From the IMG/VR virus record IMGVR_UViG_3300046542_000259: DNA of 37,252 nucleotides; one strand, 5' to 3'. This document shows positions 7,208 through 16,599 of the stretch, in pieces. Numbering within the stretch: the stretch's first letter is position 1; each line of letters starts with the position of its first letter. The DNA comes from a virus. Taxonomy: Duplodnaviria; Heunggongvirae; Uroviricota; Caudoviricetes. The notes below the pieces were generated by a model. The model was not told the origin of the DNA, did no database searches, and was given only the letters and a program-made list of their open reading frames with translations. A program made the translations under genes and the position numbers.

Positions 7208-9433
7208 TTAAGTCAGATTCAGCCCAATGGCTGTACCAGTTGTGGTTCCGGTAATACCAGCGGTAACGTTTCCGGTTAGATCGTTGCCAATAATAATGGA
7301 CTGAGACCCGCCGTTATTATTGTTAATGCCGTAGGCTTGACCCGCGCTTGAACCATTAGGATAAGGGCCACATTTAACACCAACGATGCGGCACATCGCG
7401 GCTGTAGTGCTGATATAAATACCAGAACTTCCAGACGTTACGGTGCCGTTGTTACCAGAACTGCCGCCAATGACTGAGACCTGACCTCCATCGAAACGAT
7501 AGCCGTTACGTCTCCCGGCTCTGACATACCCACCATTGAAATTGACGTTGCCATCGAAAGTAGTGTCGGTGTAGATAACGTCTGTGCTAGAACCTGTGCC
7601 ATTATGCGAGGCATAAAAATTAGAGAAGAATACTCTATCACCGTATTCAAGTCTAACAGCGTTACCACTACCATTTTCGAATCCGCCATCGCTGAAATAT
7701 GTAAAGTTGGGGGTTTCAACAGTTGTTCCGGTATTAGTCAGTCTGAGACCATTGGCTCCAAATACTAGGGCGCATTGGGTAAATTTAGTGCTGTCAGCCT
7801 TACCATCTAGTTGCATCAATGTCTGATCACCACCATTTGTACCAGCTATTAAACATTGAAGGAATTCGATGTTATCGACGTTATCAGCTGATCTTACATT
7901 GCCGGAAACTCCGTATAAACTTCCGTCGAGCCAGAGCACGCGAGTTCCGCCACCGGTATAGGAATTAACGAAGCGGCATTGAGTAAACCCAATTTTCAAG
8001 ACATTGGTCATGTAGATCAGGGCGGAAGTAGCTTCGCCGGAAAAATTACAACTCGAAAAGTTTACATAAGATACGCCTGATACTTTACGCCACGAGCCTG
8101 AGCCGGATACGTTTAATTTTCTGTATAAGCCGTTATTGGTCGAGGTTCCATCCGATGTTACACGTGCAATCGTACCAGCGACATGGCCAAGATCGGCATC
8201 CATCAATGCTTTTGTGGTAAATGTCACACTTGCTTCTACCGTTTCAGGGAAACTAAGAAGTCTGGTTCCAGCAACTTTCTTATAGAAAGAAATTCCGCTA
8301 TAATGCCCACCAGCAAATGATTCAAATCGTAGCATAGCAGCAGCGGCGAAGCTAAAAGTAGTTCCGGTCGAACTAGCAGGGCTATTGGCTCCGATAAATG
8401 CAACTGGTCTATTGATATAAATACTGTTGGCGAAATAGTATTCCCCGGCCTCGAAAATGACAACACCACCAGCGGCTGGCATGGCATACATCATGGCTTG
8501 GAACGCGGCGGAATTATCTGTTACGCCGTCCGCCACCATGCCGTAATTAGAAGGATTAAAAAACGTGTTAGCGCCGCCAACATCATCAAGCGTGGCGAGG
8601 TTAGTGCCGTTATATGAAGGAACTGTTTTAAAATCTAATTTTCTGGTATTTCTATTGACGTTAAATACGTCACCGATATAATTCCCATCATTAGCATATG
8701 AACTTAGGATGAAGTTTGATCCTGAGTTAGAACCACCTTCTGCACTGCTATCGCTGTACATTTTCCAGCGCTTAAGCGTTGCGGTGAGGAATTCTATAGA
8801 TTTTTCCGAGCCTGTAACGCCGTTAATATCAATTTTATCGGTGAATGTAGGGGAATCTGTTCCGGCCTTAGAATCAATAGCGTCAGAAACAGTTGCGCCG
8901 GGAGCCGCACTTTCATTGGCGATATCATCACTACCGAGTGAAGACGCTCCGCCAACGGTGTAAGCAATACCTTCGCCGTAAATTTCCACTCCATTGGCTG
9001 GGGCGGAAGAAAATGTAATCGTTGTACCTGTGCCTGTAATGGTATAGGTCAGACCATCTTTCTTCTGATGGCTGTTACCGACATAGATGTCACAATAAAG
9101 ATGCCCATTCGAGGCCGGGAGCGGGTTTAGAAGCGTGAAGACAGTGGTTGTACCGTTACCGACTGTATTAATTACAATTTCTAAATTATTTGAGACGTAA
9201 TTCAGGATGTTATCGTAAACATCTTCGGCTTGAGTCGCAGCGGCTTGGGCCAGCGTGACATAACCACCAGCTTCATCCCCAATGATCTTGAAAAATTTGG
9301 CAATCGATGGTACAGTTCCAGTATCGATAGTTACATCAGTAGTATCGCTGCCGTTAGTAATTTGGTCCAAACGGCCCATATTTACTTCTAATTTGTCGAT
9401 TTTGGCTTGGATTTCTGCGCTACTACTGGACAT
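7208..9433 (-). CDS. Tailspike with N-terminal anchor and beta-helix depolymerase domain
   Basis: 741 aa; GNGTTTVFTL..TITFSSAPANG module; YGMVADGVTDNSAAFQ beta-helix start; paralogous to 3344..5560. Confidence 0.85.
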   Translation of the reverse strand: MSSSSAEIQAKIDKLEVNMGRLDQITNGSDTTDVTIDTGTVPSIAKFFKIIGDEAGGYVTLAQAAATQAEDVYDNILNYVSNNLEIVINTVGNGTTTVFTLLNPLPASNGHLYCDIYVGNSHQKKDGLTYTITGTGTTITFSSAPANGVEIYGEGIAYTVGGASSLGSDDIANESAAPGATVSDAIDSKAGTDSPTFTDKIDINGVTGSEKSIEFLTATLKRWKMYSDSSAEGGSNSGSNFILSSYANDGNYIGDVFNVNRNTRKLDFKTVPSYNGTNLATLDDVGGANTFFNPSNYGMVADGVTDNSAAFQAMMYAMPAAGGVVIFEAGEYYFANSIYINRPVAFIGANSPASSTGTTFSFAAAAMLRFESFAGGHYSGISFYKKVAGTRLLSFPETVEASVTFTTKALMDADLGHVAGTIARVTSDGTSTNNGLYRKLNVSGSGSWRKVSGVSYVNFSSCNFSGEATSALIYMTNVLKIGFTQCRFVNSYTGGGTRVLWLDGSLYGVSGNVRSADNVDNIEFLQCLIAGTNGGDQTLMQLDGKADSTKFTQCALVFGANGLRLTNTGTTVETPNFTYFSDGGFENGSGNAVRLEYGDRVFFSNFYASHNGTGSSTDVIYTDTTFDGNVNFNGGYVRAGRRNGYRFDGGQVSVIGGSSGNNGTVTSGSSGIYISTTAAMCRIVGVKCGPYPNGSSAGQAYGINNNNGGSQSIIIGNDLTGNVTAGITGTTTGTAIGLNLT

Positions 9434-9442
9434 TTGGTCCCC

Positions 9443-10231
9443 TCAATCTTTGTAAAATTTTTTAAAATAGGTAATAATTGTTTTTGTGCTAGATTTAGGT
9501 CTATCAATGGTGTTATTTAGGAATAAATAATCATCAATTTCATTGGAAACTAGGCTTGCTAGTTCAAGGTCTCCATAATAACCGAAGTCCTGAATCTTAC
9601 CATTAACTCTAAACCGCACACACCACGGATTAGATTTACTATCTCCGCTCCATCTCACCCCTTTTACACCAGTTTTATTTTTGGCTGGATTACTTCGACA
9701 ATACTCCCGCCTAGCCTTAGTCATATTTTCTACAGCCTTTTGGCTAGTTCCGCCCCGTTCTAGTCTTTTACGTGCCCTAGATTCCAGATTATTTTTAATA
9801 TGATCGTCAGAAAATTTTTTACCTAAGTGACTGTCTGACATTTTCTTTCTTGTCGCGTCCGTAACAGTTCTAGAAGAATTACTCTTTCTAACACTTTCAC
9901 GTCTCTTGGCGTCAATTACTACCGCTGTATTTGTCATATTGAAACCGCCAAAATCTTTATAAGATTTAGTTTTTTGAATCCAGTAGGTTTCTATTTCTTC
10001 TAGTTGTTCTAGGGTTGCTGTTTCGATAATTGAAAAATCAAAATTCTCTTGACCATATTTGCTGAATGATCTTTGCAGCAAAGCATTATAATGAGAATTA
10101 TTTCTTAACGCGCTTAAATGCCAAGCCCAACGTCGGAATATGTCCGTTGAGCTACCAATATAATGTTTCCCATTTTTCAAGTTTTCGATAATGTAAATAC
10201 CGGAAATGACTGGTCTTTTAAAATTATTCAT
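9443..10231 (-). CDS. Free-standing GIY-YIG homing endonuclease with NUMOD3-like and AP2-like DNA-binding modules
   Basis: SGIYIIENLKNGKHYIGSS..RW..H..E..W..FN catalytic domain; HLGKKFSDDH; NKTGVKGVRW..W.VRF..GK..FGYY. Confidence 0.9.
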   Translation of the reverse strand: MNNFKRPVISGIYIIENLKNGKHYIGSSTDIFRRWAWHLSALRNNSHYNALLQRSFSKYGQENFDFSIIETATLEQLEEIETYWIQKTKSYKDFGGFNMTNTAVVIDAKRRESVRKSNSSRTVTDATRKKMSDSHLGKKFSDDHIKNNLESRARKRLERGGTSQKAVENMTKARREYCRSNPAKNKTGVKGVRWSGDSKSNPWCVRFRVNGKIQDFGYYGDLELASLVSNEIDDYLFLNNTIDRPKSSTKTIITYFKKFYKD

Positions 10232-10247
10232 AAATCGCTTAACAAAA

Positions 10248-10303
10248 ATAGTCTCAATAAAATTATTTATTGAGACTATAACATAGTTATTTTAAAAAGT
10301 CAA
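10248..10303 (-). promoter_or_regulatory. Overlapping terminator hairpin and sigma70-like promoter
   Basis: TTGACT-17-TATAGT whose -10 overlaps a 14-bp stem followed by a U-tract; same design at 12171-12229, 13852-13913, 3250-3309. Confidence 0.7.
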
Positions 10304-10325
10304 GTTTTTATTACATTGTGCAATA

Positions 10326-11663
10326 TTAATTAATAGCACCAACGCCACGCATTCTCACGGTCATACTAACAGCGCCACCTCCTGTTATCGGTGCGACAAG
10401 GAAGCGGATTTGGAGAGTGGTATTAGCTACGACTAGATCAGTCGTCTTCATGATCCCACGAGCCGGTTTGTTTAGCCATGGCACAGCTTGATTGGGAGTA
10501 TCCGCGTCAAAGTTTTCAAAGTCGCCCGCGACACGAGTGTTTGACGTAGTATCCCATAAAAACATATTGAAGCCACGCAATCCAGTCATGCTATCGATTT
10601 CAATTTCAGCAAAAGCGCTGATGACATCACCCGGATTCACTTTGGTCTGATCAACTGGAATTTGTAATACGTTTGAGTTATTTGAGTTCGCCGCTGTTCC
10701 GCTAAGAACCATTTGAACCCAATTATCTCTTGTAAAACCGTCTTCGTAAGGAATGCTGTTAAATGAAGTAGTGGCTGAGGGCTTTGAAAAGGTAAGAGCT
10801 AGTCCAGCGCTAGTTACGCTTTGGCCGGTCCAAGAATCGGGTAACGTTCCAGAATTTCCAGAGCCTAGAGTACCGGCTGTGCCGCTGGCCCATGGATTAG
10901 TTGATCTAATACCTCTAGGATTATTACTAGAGCTATAGATGTCAGAATTGCTTGTTGGTAATACACTACGGGGCGGATAAACGCGGCTAAATAGTCTAGC
11001 TAGTATTTCGCCTTTTAGGCGACCTTCTTGCGGACTGTCATGATTGCCATCGTAAGTATAAAAATCGGCGGCAAGATCGCCTGTGGTTGAAGTCTTGGAC
11101 GCTAGAACCTCATGCGTATCAATTACATAAACTCCCGGCACATCTTTCTGATTTAACAGATATTCTCGCACCGCGTAGCTGTCGCCTAATGCGGGCTGAC
11201 TGATTCTGGCAGCTGTGAATCCGGCTGCGCCTCGCGGATCATCGGTGAGCCATACCAAGACAATTCCTGCGGCGAGTACAGCGGCTTGATAAGCCGCTAC
11301 GTTAGCAATAGTTTCAGGCGCTCTAATTAAGGGAGTAGAGACTCTGTCATTGATCGTCATTTGCGCCACGAGCATCCCAATCCCCGCTGCTTTGCAAGCC
11401 GCCAGAGTTGCTGGTAGTCGTGCCAAAATTTCTTTCGACGTTTGACCTCCGACGCCAAAATTCCATTCAGGTTTAAAATCTACACGTTGACCGCTAAGGA
11501 ATCTGGCCCACGTCATAAACCCTGTGCTGCGATGGAAATTAGTCGTGCCGCGATTATTGATTTCAATTTTTGAATGTCCATCAATAGCCACTTTACGGCT
11601 ACGAGGAATCCAATGGCCCATACGGAAATCTGCATCGTCAGTGAGTATAAGTCCAGCTACCAT
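10326..11663 (-). CDS. SGNH/GDSL esterase with C-terminal beta-sandwich (putative virion deacetylase)
   Basis: Block motifs IDGHSK, NFGVGGQTS, TIND, DGNH. Confidence 0.75.
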   Translation of the reverse strand: MVAGLILTDDADFRMGHWIPRSRKVAIDGHSKIEINNRGTTNFHRSTGFMTWARFLSGQRVDFKPEWNFGVGGQTSKEILARLPATLAACKAAGIGMLVAQMTINDRVSTPLIRAPETIANVAAYQAAVLAAGIVLVWLTDDPRGAAGFTAARISQPALGDSYAVREYLLNQKDVPGVYVIDTHEVLASKTSTTGDLAADFYTYDGNHDSPQEGRLKGEILARLFSRVYPPRSVLPTSNSDIYSSSNNPRGIRSTNPWASGTAGTLGSGNSGTLPDSWTGQSVTSAGLALTFSKPSATTSFNSIPYEDGFTRDNWVQMVLSGTAANSNNSNVLQIPVDQTKVNPGDVISAFAEIEIDSMTGLRGFNMFLWDTTSNTRVAGDFENFDADTPNQAVPWLNKPARGIMKTTDLVVANTTLQIRFLVAPITGGGAVSMTVRMRGVGAIN

Positions 11664-11878
11664 TACGATACCCTTCCATAAAGTGGTTGGCCGCTACGGC
11701 TGTAAAGAATTTGTCCCGTCGTAGGACTTACGAGGCGCATGTAGGTGACACCATCAACATTCATGGTGAGTGGTACTCCACCGCCGCCACGGTCGAGGTT
11801 TTTTCGTTTATTAGTCGGGCCAGAGCCGGGAGGCGCGGTGGGAAAGCGTAGTTTCCCGAAAGGATAGGTTACAGCCAT
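11663..11878 (-). CDS. Small YPFG-motif protein coupled to SGNH gene
   Basis: MAVTYPFGKLRF; TAATG overlap with downstream gene; paralogue of 13657..13848. Confidence 0.75.
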   Translation of the reverse strand: MAVTYPFGKLRFPTAPPGSGPTNKRKNLDRGGGGVPLTMNVDGVTYMRLVSPTTGQILYSRSGQPLYGRVS

Positions 11879-11893
11879 AATTTTAAAACCTAA

Positions 11894-12160
11894 TTAATAA
11901 GCACTGACGTTGGCGACGCCCCCGCCACCCGTATTATCGGAACGAATGAAAACGTTATTACTACCAAGATCACTAAGTTTAACCGTTTCAAATCGATTGA
12001 GTTGATGACCCGTGACAGCGGCGAGATCGCCCGTAGTTGCGGCAACGGCGTAGCGAATCGGGATAGAAGAGGGGTTCGAAATCACTACAGTTGCAGTTCC
12101 TGTCGAAACCTGCGTCCAGTTAGAATTTGCTAGGGTGTAATCGGTTGTTAAAGAGGCCAT
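11894..12160 (-). CDS. Hypothetical (probable small virion) protein
   Basis: MASLTTDY...; T/S/N/G-rich beta-type composition; own promoter/hairpin. Confidence 0.7.
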   Translation of the reverse strand: MASLTTDYTLANSNWTQVSTGTATVVISNPSSIPIRYAVAATTGDLAAVTGHQLNRFETVKLSDLGSNNVFIRSDNTGGGGVANVSAY

Positions 12161-12289
12161 AAAGAAAAAGTCCCACACAATAAAATTAATATTGTGTGGG
12201 ATAATATCATAGTTATTTTAAAAAGTCAAGTAATAATGGTTTTGTACATTTTGATTGGGAATTAAATTAATTGGGTAGAGGTGATTTTG

Positions 12290-13660
12290 TCACCGAGCCG
12301 CTTGTGGCAATCGTCCCGCAAGAAAGATGGCCTGATCAAATTTAACCGCATCGGCAGATGGTGATCCAGCTGTGTCATGAAACAAGGTGACAGTAAGTGA
12401 CGTTGCATCGGAGGGGACGGCAAAACCGGATAGTACCCACCAGACCCATCCAGTTTGTCGCGTCACATACGACCGACTAAGAACAGTTTGCGTGCCAAGG
12501 GCGGGACTACCAGCCGAGAGTTGAAGACGACCAACGGTCGAAGCGCTTGTATTCAGGACACGCCGTTTTACTGCCAAGGTGACGGATTGTCCGCGTAACG
12601 CTTGATAAATACCAGACGACATTGATTGTGCCAGTCCTGCCGAGCCGCCCGTTGCGGTAAGCGAGACGCTATATCCAAGAGCGTTATCAGCCAGAATGGA
12701 TGTGTCCTTGGTAGCGGTTAATGTGCCAGCACCCGTTGATGTAAAACTATCAGGAAGAGAGGATGCGAATGACGCGAGATTACCATTTGCTAGAAGATTA
12801 ATATCGGGCTGGATTATATTGGTAAATAATGATGGCCTTGCGTAAGTCAGCGCGGTTGCCGCAGTAAGGAAATGATGCCAGACAGCGGTTTCCCAAAGAG
12901 CTTGTCCTGCTTGATTCGGATGCTGATTATCGGTGTAAAGCGTGGGCGATTTGCCTAGCGCGGTGAACAGGCTGTAAACGTCGATGATCGCAACATCCCG
13001 CATCGAGGCTACGGCCCGCCATGCCGCAATCGCTGTATCCATGAGGGAGTCGTCGCGGCGGGGGTTTTGCAGCGTTACCGAAACAGGAACGCCGGGTTTA
13101 AACAATTTAAATTGCTCCACCGCAGCAACGAATTCACCTTGAACAACTGGCGAAGTTAGGCCAGCCGTAATATGATTGTGTCCATGTGAGATAATCATGC
13201 TGTCAAAGGCGATACATTGGATCGAAGCTGGCCACATACTACCCATTGCATATTGCGCGATGGAACCAGCGACGGAGCAATTATAAATCGTGATAACCGC
13301 TGAGGTTGAGCCGGTGGAAATTACAGTTGCTGCGTCATACACCAATGTGCCATCATTCCATGCACGGATTTGAACCCCATGCGTTGGATAATTCGAGGCT
13401 AACCATGATGAGAGTGCATCGGCAAGTAGATAAGGCCATTCGCGAATCGTACTTACGCCATCACCACCCTCATTGCCCGTGCTATCGCCCCAAATGCCTA
13501 TGTTGGCGCTAACACCACGGGCGCACGCAACTTTGATGGGTGAGAAGGCATTCAGTGACAAGGCATTATATACGCCAATATTAGTCGCAGCCGCCTCGAT
13601 TTCGGCGTTGCTGGGCGCGTTAGCTCCAACGCCATCCAGATCGATATACCCGTTACTCAT
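12290..13660 (-). CDS. SGNH/GDSL esterase with C-terminal carbohydrate-binding-like domain
   Basis: IWGDSTG, NCSVAGS, HGHN, DNQHPN motifs; NLLANGN start of the C-terminal module. Confidence 0.8.
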   Translation of the reverse strand: MSNGYIDLDGVGANAPSNAEIEAAATNIGVYNALSLNAFSPIKVACARGVSANIGIWGDSTGNEGGDGVSTIREWPYLLADALSSWLASNYPTHGVQIRAWNDGTLVYDAATVISTGSTSAVITIYNCSVAGSIAQYAMGSMWPASIQCIAFDSMIISHGHNHITAGLTSPVVQGEFVAAVEQFKLFKPGVPVSVTLQNPRRDDSLMDTAIAAWRAVASMRDVAIIDVYSLFTALGKSPTLYTDNQHPNQAGQALWETAVWHHFLTAATALTYARPSLFTNIIQPDINLLANGNLASFASSLPDSFTSTGAGTLTATKDTSILADNALGYSVSLTATGGSAGLAQSMSSGIYQALRGQSVTLAVKRRVLNTSASTVGRLQLSAGSPALGTQTVLSRSYVTRQTGWVWWVLSGFAVPSDATSLTVTLFHDTAGSPSADAVKFDQAIFLAGRLPQAAR

Positions 13661-13848
13661 TGAGAATTTTCCACCACGAGGGCTTTTGAGAGGACTCGTA
13701 GCGTCTGTCCGTTAACGCGGAACGCTATCCCAAATGCACTCCACGGTTCCGTACCGCCCTTGTTTGGGTTAATTGATCTTTTCCGTGCCGGATTAGTGGG
13801 AGAAACGGGAGAAAAATATAATCTCCCGAAAGGATAGGTAATAGCCAT
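13657..13848 (-). CDS. Small YPFG-motif protein coupled to SGNH gene
   Basis: MAITYPFGRLYF; ATGA overlap with downstream gene. Confidence 0.75.
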   Translation of the reverse strand: MAITYPFGRLYFSPVSPTNPARKRSINPNKGGTEPWSAFGIAFRVNGQTLRVLSKALVVENSQ

Positions 13849-13934
13849 AAAAATACCCTCAATAAAAATTAATTTAATTGAGGGTATTATATACTATAAA
13901 TTTAAAAAGTCAAGCTATAATGACTTTGACCATT

Positions 13935-14633
13935 TCAGACGTTCAAGTCTTTCATTAGATCACATACCGCTTCGCCGCTAACAATGATTGAAATACCAGT
14001 GAGTGAAGGTGTGGGAGGAATGTTTTTTGCTCCGTCACCGCCTAACGGTGCGGTAAGGATTGCATCATTAAGACCAAGAACTTTACCATAAATATCAAAT
14101 ACTGGTCCGCCACTCATGCCGGGAGCTAGTGGAGCATCAACGGTGAATATATCTGATTCTTTCGGTAGAGGCTCTTTTCCAACTTGTCTTAAACTACTCA
14201 CTCGGCCAAATGTCGTGATAAAATTCAGAAATGTGGGATTGCCGATTGCAATGATGGGCTGACCCACAACTACGGGGGCGCACGTGAAATTAGTACTATG
14301 GGTCAAGACAATGGAGGGTTGAAGCAGGATAAGGTCTTTTTCTTTCAAGGCTTTAATCGTTTTTAATTCAAACGTTGTACCATCAGATAATGTCCCTTTA
14401 AACTTAGCGTCAGGTGCCCCGGCAAAGACGTGATCCACACTGGCGATATAACCATTATCGAGAACGACGCCTGATCCTTTAGATTGTCTCTCACCTTTAT
14501 CGTCATAACCTTCGATCAGAACGACGGTTCGTAGCATTGAATTAATATCAGGTTCTACGGCTTGGGCTTGCGCATTATATAGGATTGTGATAGTTACTGT
14601 GGCAAAGAGAATTCCTGTAAGAAATTTTAGCAT
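13935..14633 (-). CDS. Exported trypsin-like (HtrA/S1C-type, no PDZ) serine protease
   Basis: Signal peptide; GSGVV..DHV, DLILL, IGNP, PGMSGGPV triad motifs. Confidence 0.9.
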   Translation of the reverse strand: MLKFLTGILFATVTITILYNAQAQAVEPDINSMLRTVVLIEGYDDKGERQSKGSGVVLDNGYIASVDHVFAGAPDAKFKGTLSDGTTFELKTIKALKEKDLILLQPSIVLTHSTNFTCAPVVVGQPIIAIGNPTFLNFITTFGRVSSLRQVGKEPLPKESDIFTVDAPLAPGMSGGPVFDIYGKVLGLNDAILTAPLGGDGAKNIPPTPSLTGISIIVSGEAVCDLMKDLNV

Positions 14634-14726
14634 CGTTTTATCGCCTAGTTAGAAATATTATTACGTTTAACATGGCACAAAATCATTTAAATGTCAAGAA
14701 GAAAATGATTGAGCCAAAAATTAAAA

Positions 14727-14749
14727 CGCCCTCCAATATCTGGAGGGCG
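14727..14749 (-). terminator. Rho-independent terminator
   Basis: CGCCCTCCA/TGGAGGGCG stem followed by TTTT on minus strand, right after the stop of 14754..16514. Confidence 0.8.
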
Positions 14750-14753
14750 CTCA

Positions 14754-16514
14754 TTAGACAATTTCAAGAGGGGTTGTGACCCGCGAAGTCAAATCGGTTG
14801 TGCCACATTCGACGCGGGCGTATTGAGTAAGAACCCGGATTGAATTGCTTGGCATATTGGCTCTGATATAATTACCAAATTTCCAATACGGACCAACGGT
14901 GTCGGGATAGCCAATACTAATTCCGGTGAGGTTGAGAACTTGTACTCCGTTGAGCCAAACTTGTAATTCGGCAGCGCCAGCGTTATTAACTTTGAGACGG
15001 ACGACACGGGCAACCCATTCATTCATTCTAAAGCCGGTCCACAAATATCTTAATGTGGATGCAACTGGCGCGGTTGGGCCGGATGCTGCCGTAGCTGTTT
15101 TAATCTCCATCCCGTCACGCGTAATGTTGAAAAAGAAAATAGGGCTTGTAGATACGTCACCACCATCTTCCGTGGCATGGAGTTGGCCCACGATTAGATG
15201 CTGCGTAATTTTATCATAATCACAAGATAGAAGTCTGAAATGATCAGAATAATAAATGTTTGTATCGGACGCGAATTTAGTACTACCCGAAAATTCTGAC
15301 CTGTTACGATCTTGGCTCGCTTCGCTGGTCCAGAAATCAGTATCTCTAGTATCGAACTGAAACAGATCGTTTCTATTCGTGGCGTATTTCAAGGTATGAT
15401 CCGCGCCAGAACTATGCACGGTAAAGCTTTGACCGTTAATCGTTCTGGTCGCAGCGACTTGATTAGTAAAAACAAAAGGTGAAAGCTGCTCCGCAACAAC
15501 GGCTCTTTGTAGGAAAGTTGTTGGGGCGGGAAGTGTTACGGTTGAAAGTAGTTTATTTGCCTTACCGCCACGAGCAACAATGGTGTATAAATTATTGGAT
15601 ACGGTTGGGTTGTCCCAATATCCACCAGTTTCATAAAATGAGCCGACCCACTTTTCACCATTCCGCATCATGCTCTGACTAATGGCGTCAACCGCTCGTG
15701 GATCAGTTCCATCAATAGAATTCATCCATGTCGTGGCTTCAGCCGTAGCAGAATATTCCATTTGTGGGAATTCTAATTCAAACACAACTTCAAAATCAGC
15801 GGTGGCGTCGGACAAGTTAGTCACAACGACAAATGCGGCTTTGTTTCCGTTAGGGATGTTGCGCCACTTAATTTCTTCCGTTACTGTTCCAGCTACTGTG
15901 AGTGGTGTGTTTGTAGTCGTGCCTACAGCGCCGCCGCCAGAGGTTTGCTCCTGAACCCCGAATGAAATATTAAGAAAAGCTCCGGTAAATGAGATGAGAG
16001 TAAGTTTAGCTGAAGTTGATACAGCGCCGGTAACTACTGGATAGGATGCAGAAGCTGAGGAACGAAACGTCAAGCTTGTGGTTGAAGGTGTTCCACCAGT
16101 TCTGTTGGCTCTCATTCTAATTTTATTGTGAGTCTTAGTCACTACTTCACGAACTAGGGTAGTTTGGGAAAAATTCCATTGACCCGGAAAGGCTCCACCT
16201 GAGCCAATTACACCAGCTGTGGCTCCATCAAAATATGGGGTTTCAATTAGGTTATCGCCAGCAGGTTCATAAAGCAGGCCGTTCGAATCGAGCCGTTGGA
16301 CATTATTTGCGGCTAACGTCCCATCAGATTTCAGAGCAAATCCGGCTCTGGTAAATGTGTAATTTTTACTTTTTTCTTGTAAGCGATCAATGGTGAAATA
16401 ACGATTCCCTTTAACGTCCCAAGCCGTTTCAGCTTCTCTCGGAACCCAATACGGGATGCGATTGATCAAAGAACTCTTGTTCTTATTCGTCTTTAAGGAT
16501 TTTCTAGGGGCCAT
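14754..16514 (-). CDS. Virion-type protein with C-terminal polysaccharide lyase (beta-jelly-roll) domain
   Basis: TFTRA..YEPA..NL N-terminal tail module; RNRSEF, IVGQLH, LQVWLNG, YWKFGNY lyase motifs; alternative start TTG 16526. Confidence 0.75.
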   Translation of the reverse strand: MAPRKSLKTNKNKSSLINRIPYWVPREAETAWDVKGNRYFTIDRLQEKSKNYTFTRAGFALKSDGTLAANNVQRLDSNGLLYEPAGDNLIETPYFDGATAGVIGSGGAFPGQWNFSQTTLVREVVTKTHNKIRMRANRTGGTPSTTSLTFRSSASASYPVVTGAVSTSAKLTLISFTGAFLNISFGVQEQTSGGGAVGTTTNTPLTVAGTVTEEIKWRNIPNGNKAAFVVVTNLSDATADFEVVFELEFPQMEYSATAEATTWMNSIDGTDPRAVDAISQSMMRNGEKWVGSFYETGGYWDNPTVSNNLYTIVARGGKANKLLSTVTLPAPTTFLQRAVVAEQLSPFVFTNQVAATRTINGQSFTVHSSGADHTLKYATNRNDLFQFDTRDTDFWTSEASQDRNRSEFSGSTKFASDTNIYYSDHFRLLSCDYDKITQHLIVGQLHATEDGGDVSTSPIFFFNITRDGMEIKTATAASGPTAPVASTLRYLWTGFRMNEWVARVVRLKVNNAGAAELQVWLNGVQVLNLTGISIGYPDTVGPYWKFGNYIRANMPSNSIRVLTQYARVECGTTDLTSRVTTPLEIV

Positions 16515-16599
16515 CGTAGGTTCCAATGTTTAGCTTAAATATAATTTAGCTGTCATTATACCCTATTTTTCTAAAAAGTCAAGTTATTTTGATTTAAAC

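Noticed and set aside
9434-9445. UGA read-through fusing the GIY-YIG nuclease in frame to the 741-aa tailspike
   Set aside because: The 9-nt in-frame gap has a one-in-three chance, contains the tailspike RBS, and the fusion makes little sense
9434-10325. Group I intron around the GIY-YIG gene
   Set aside because: Flanking genes are intact and flanks are too short for an intron core; the gene has its own promoter
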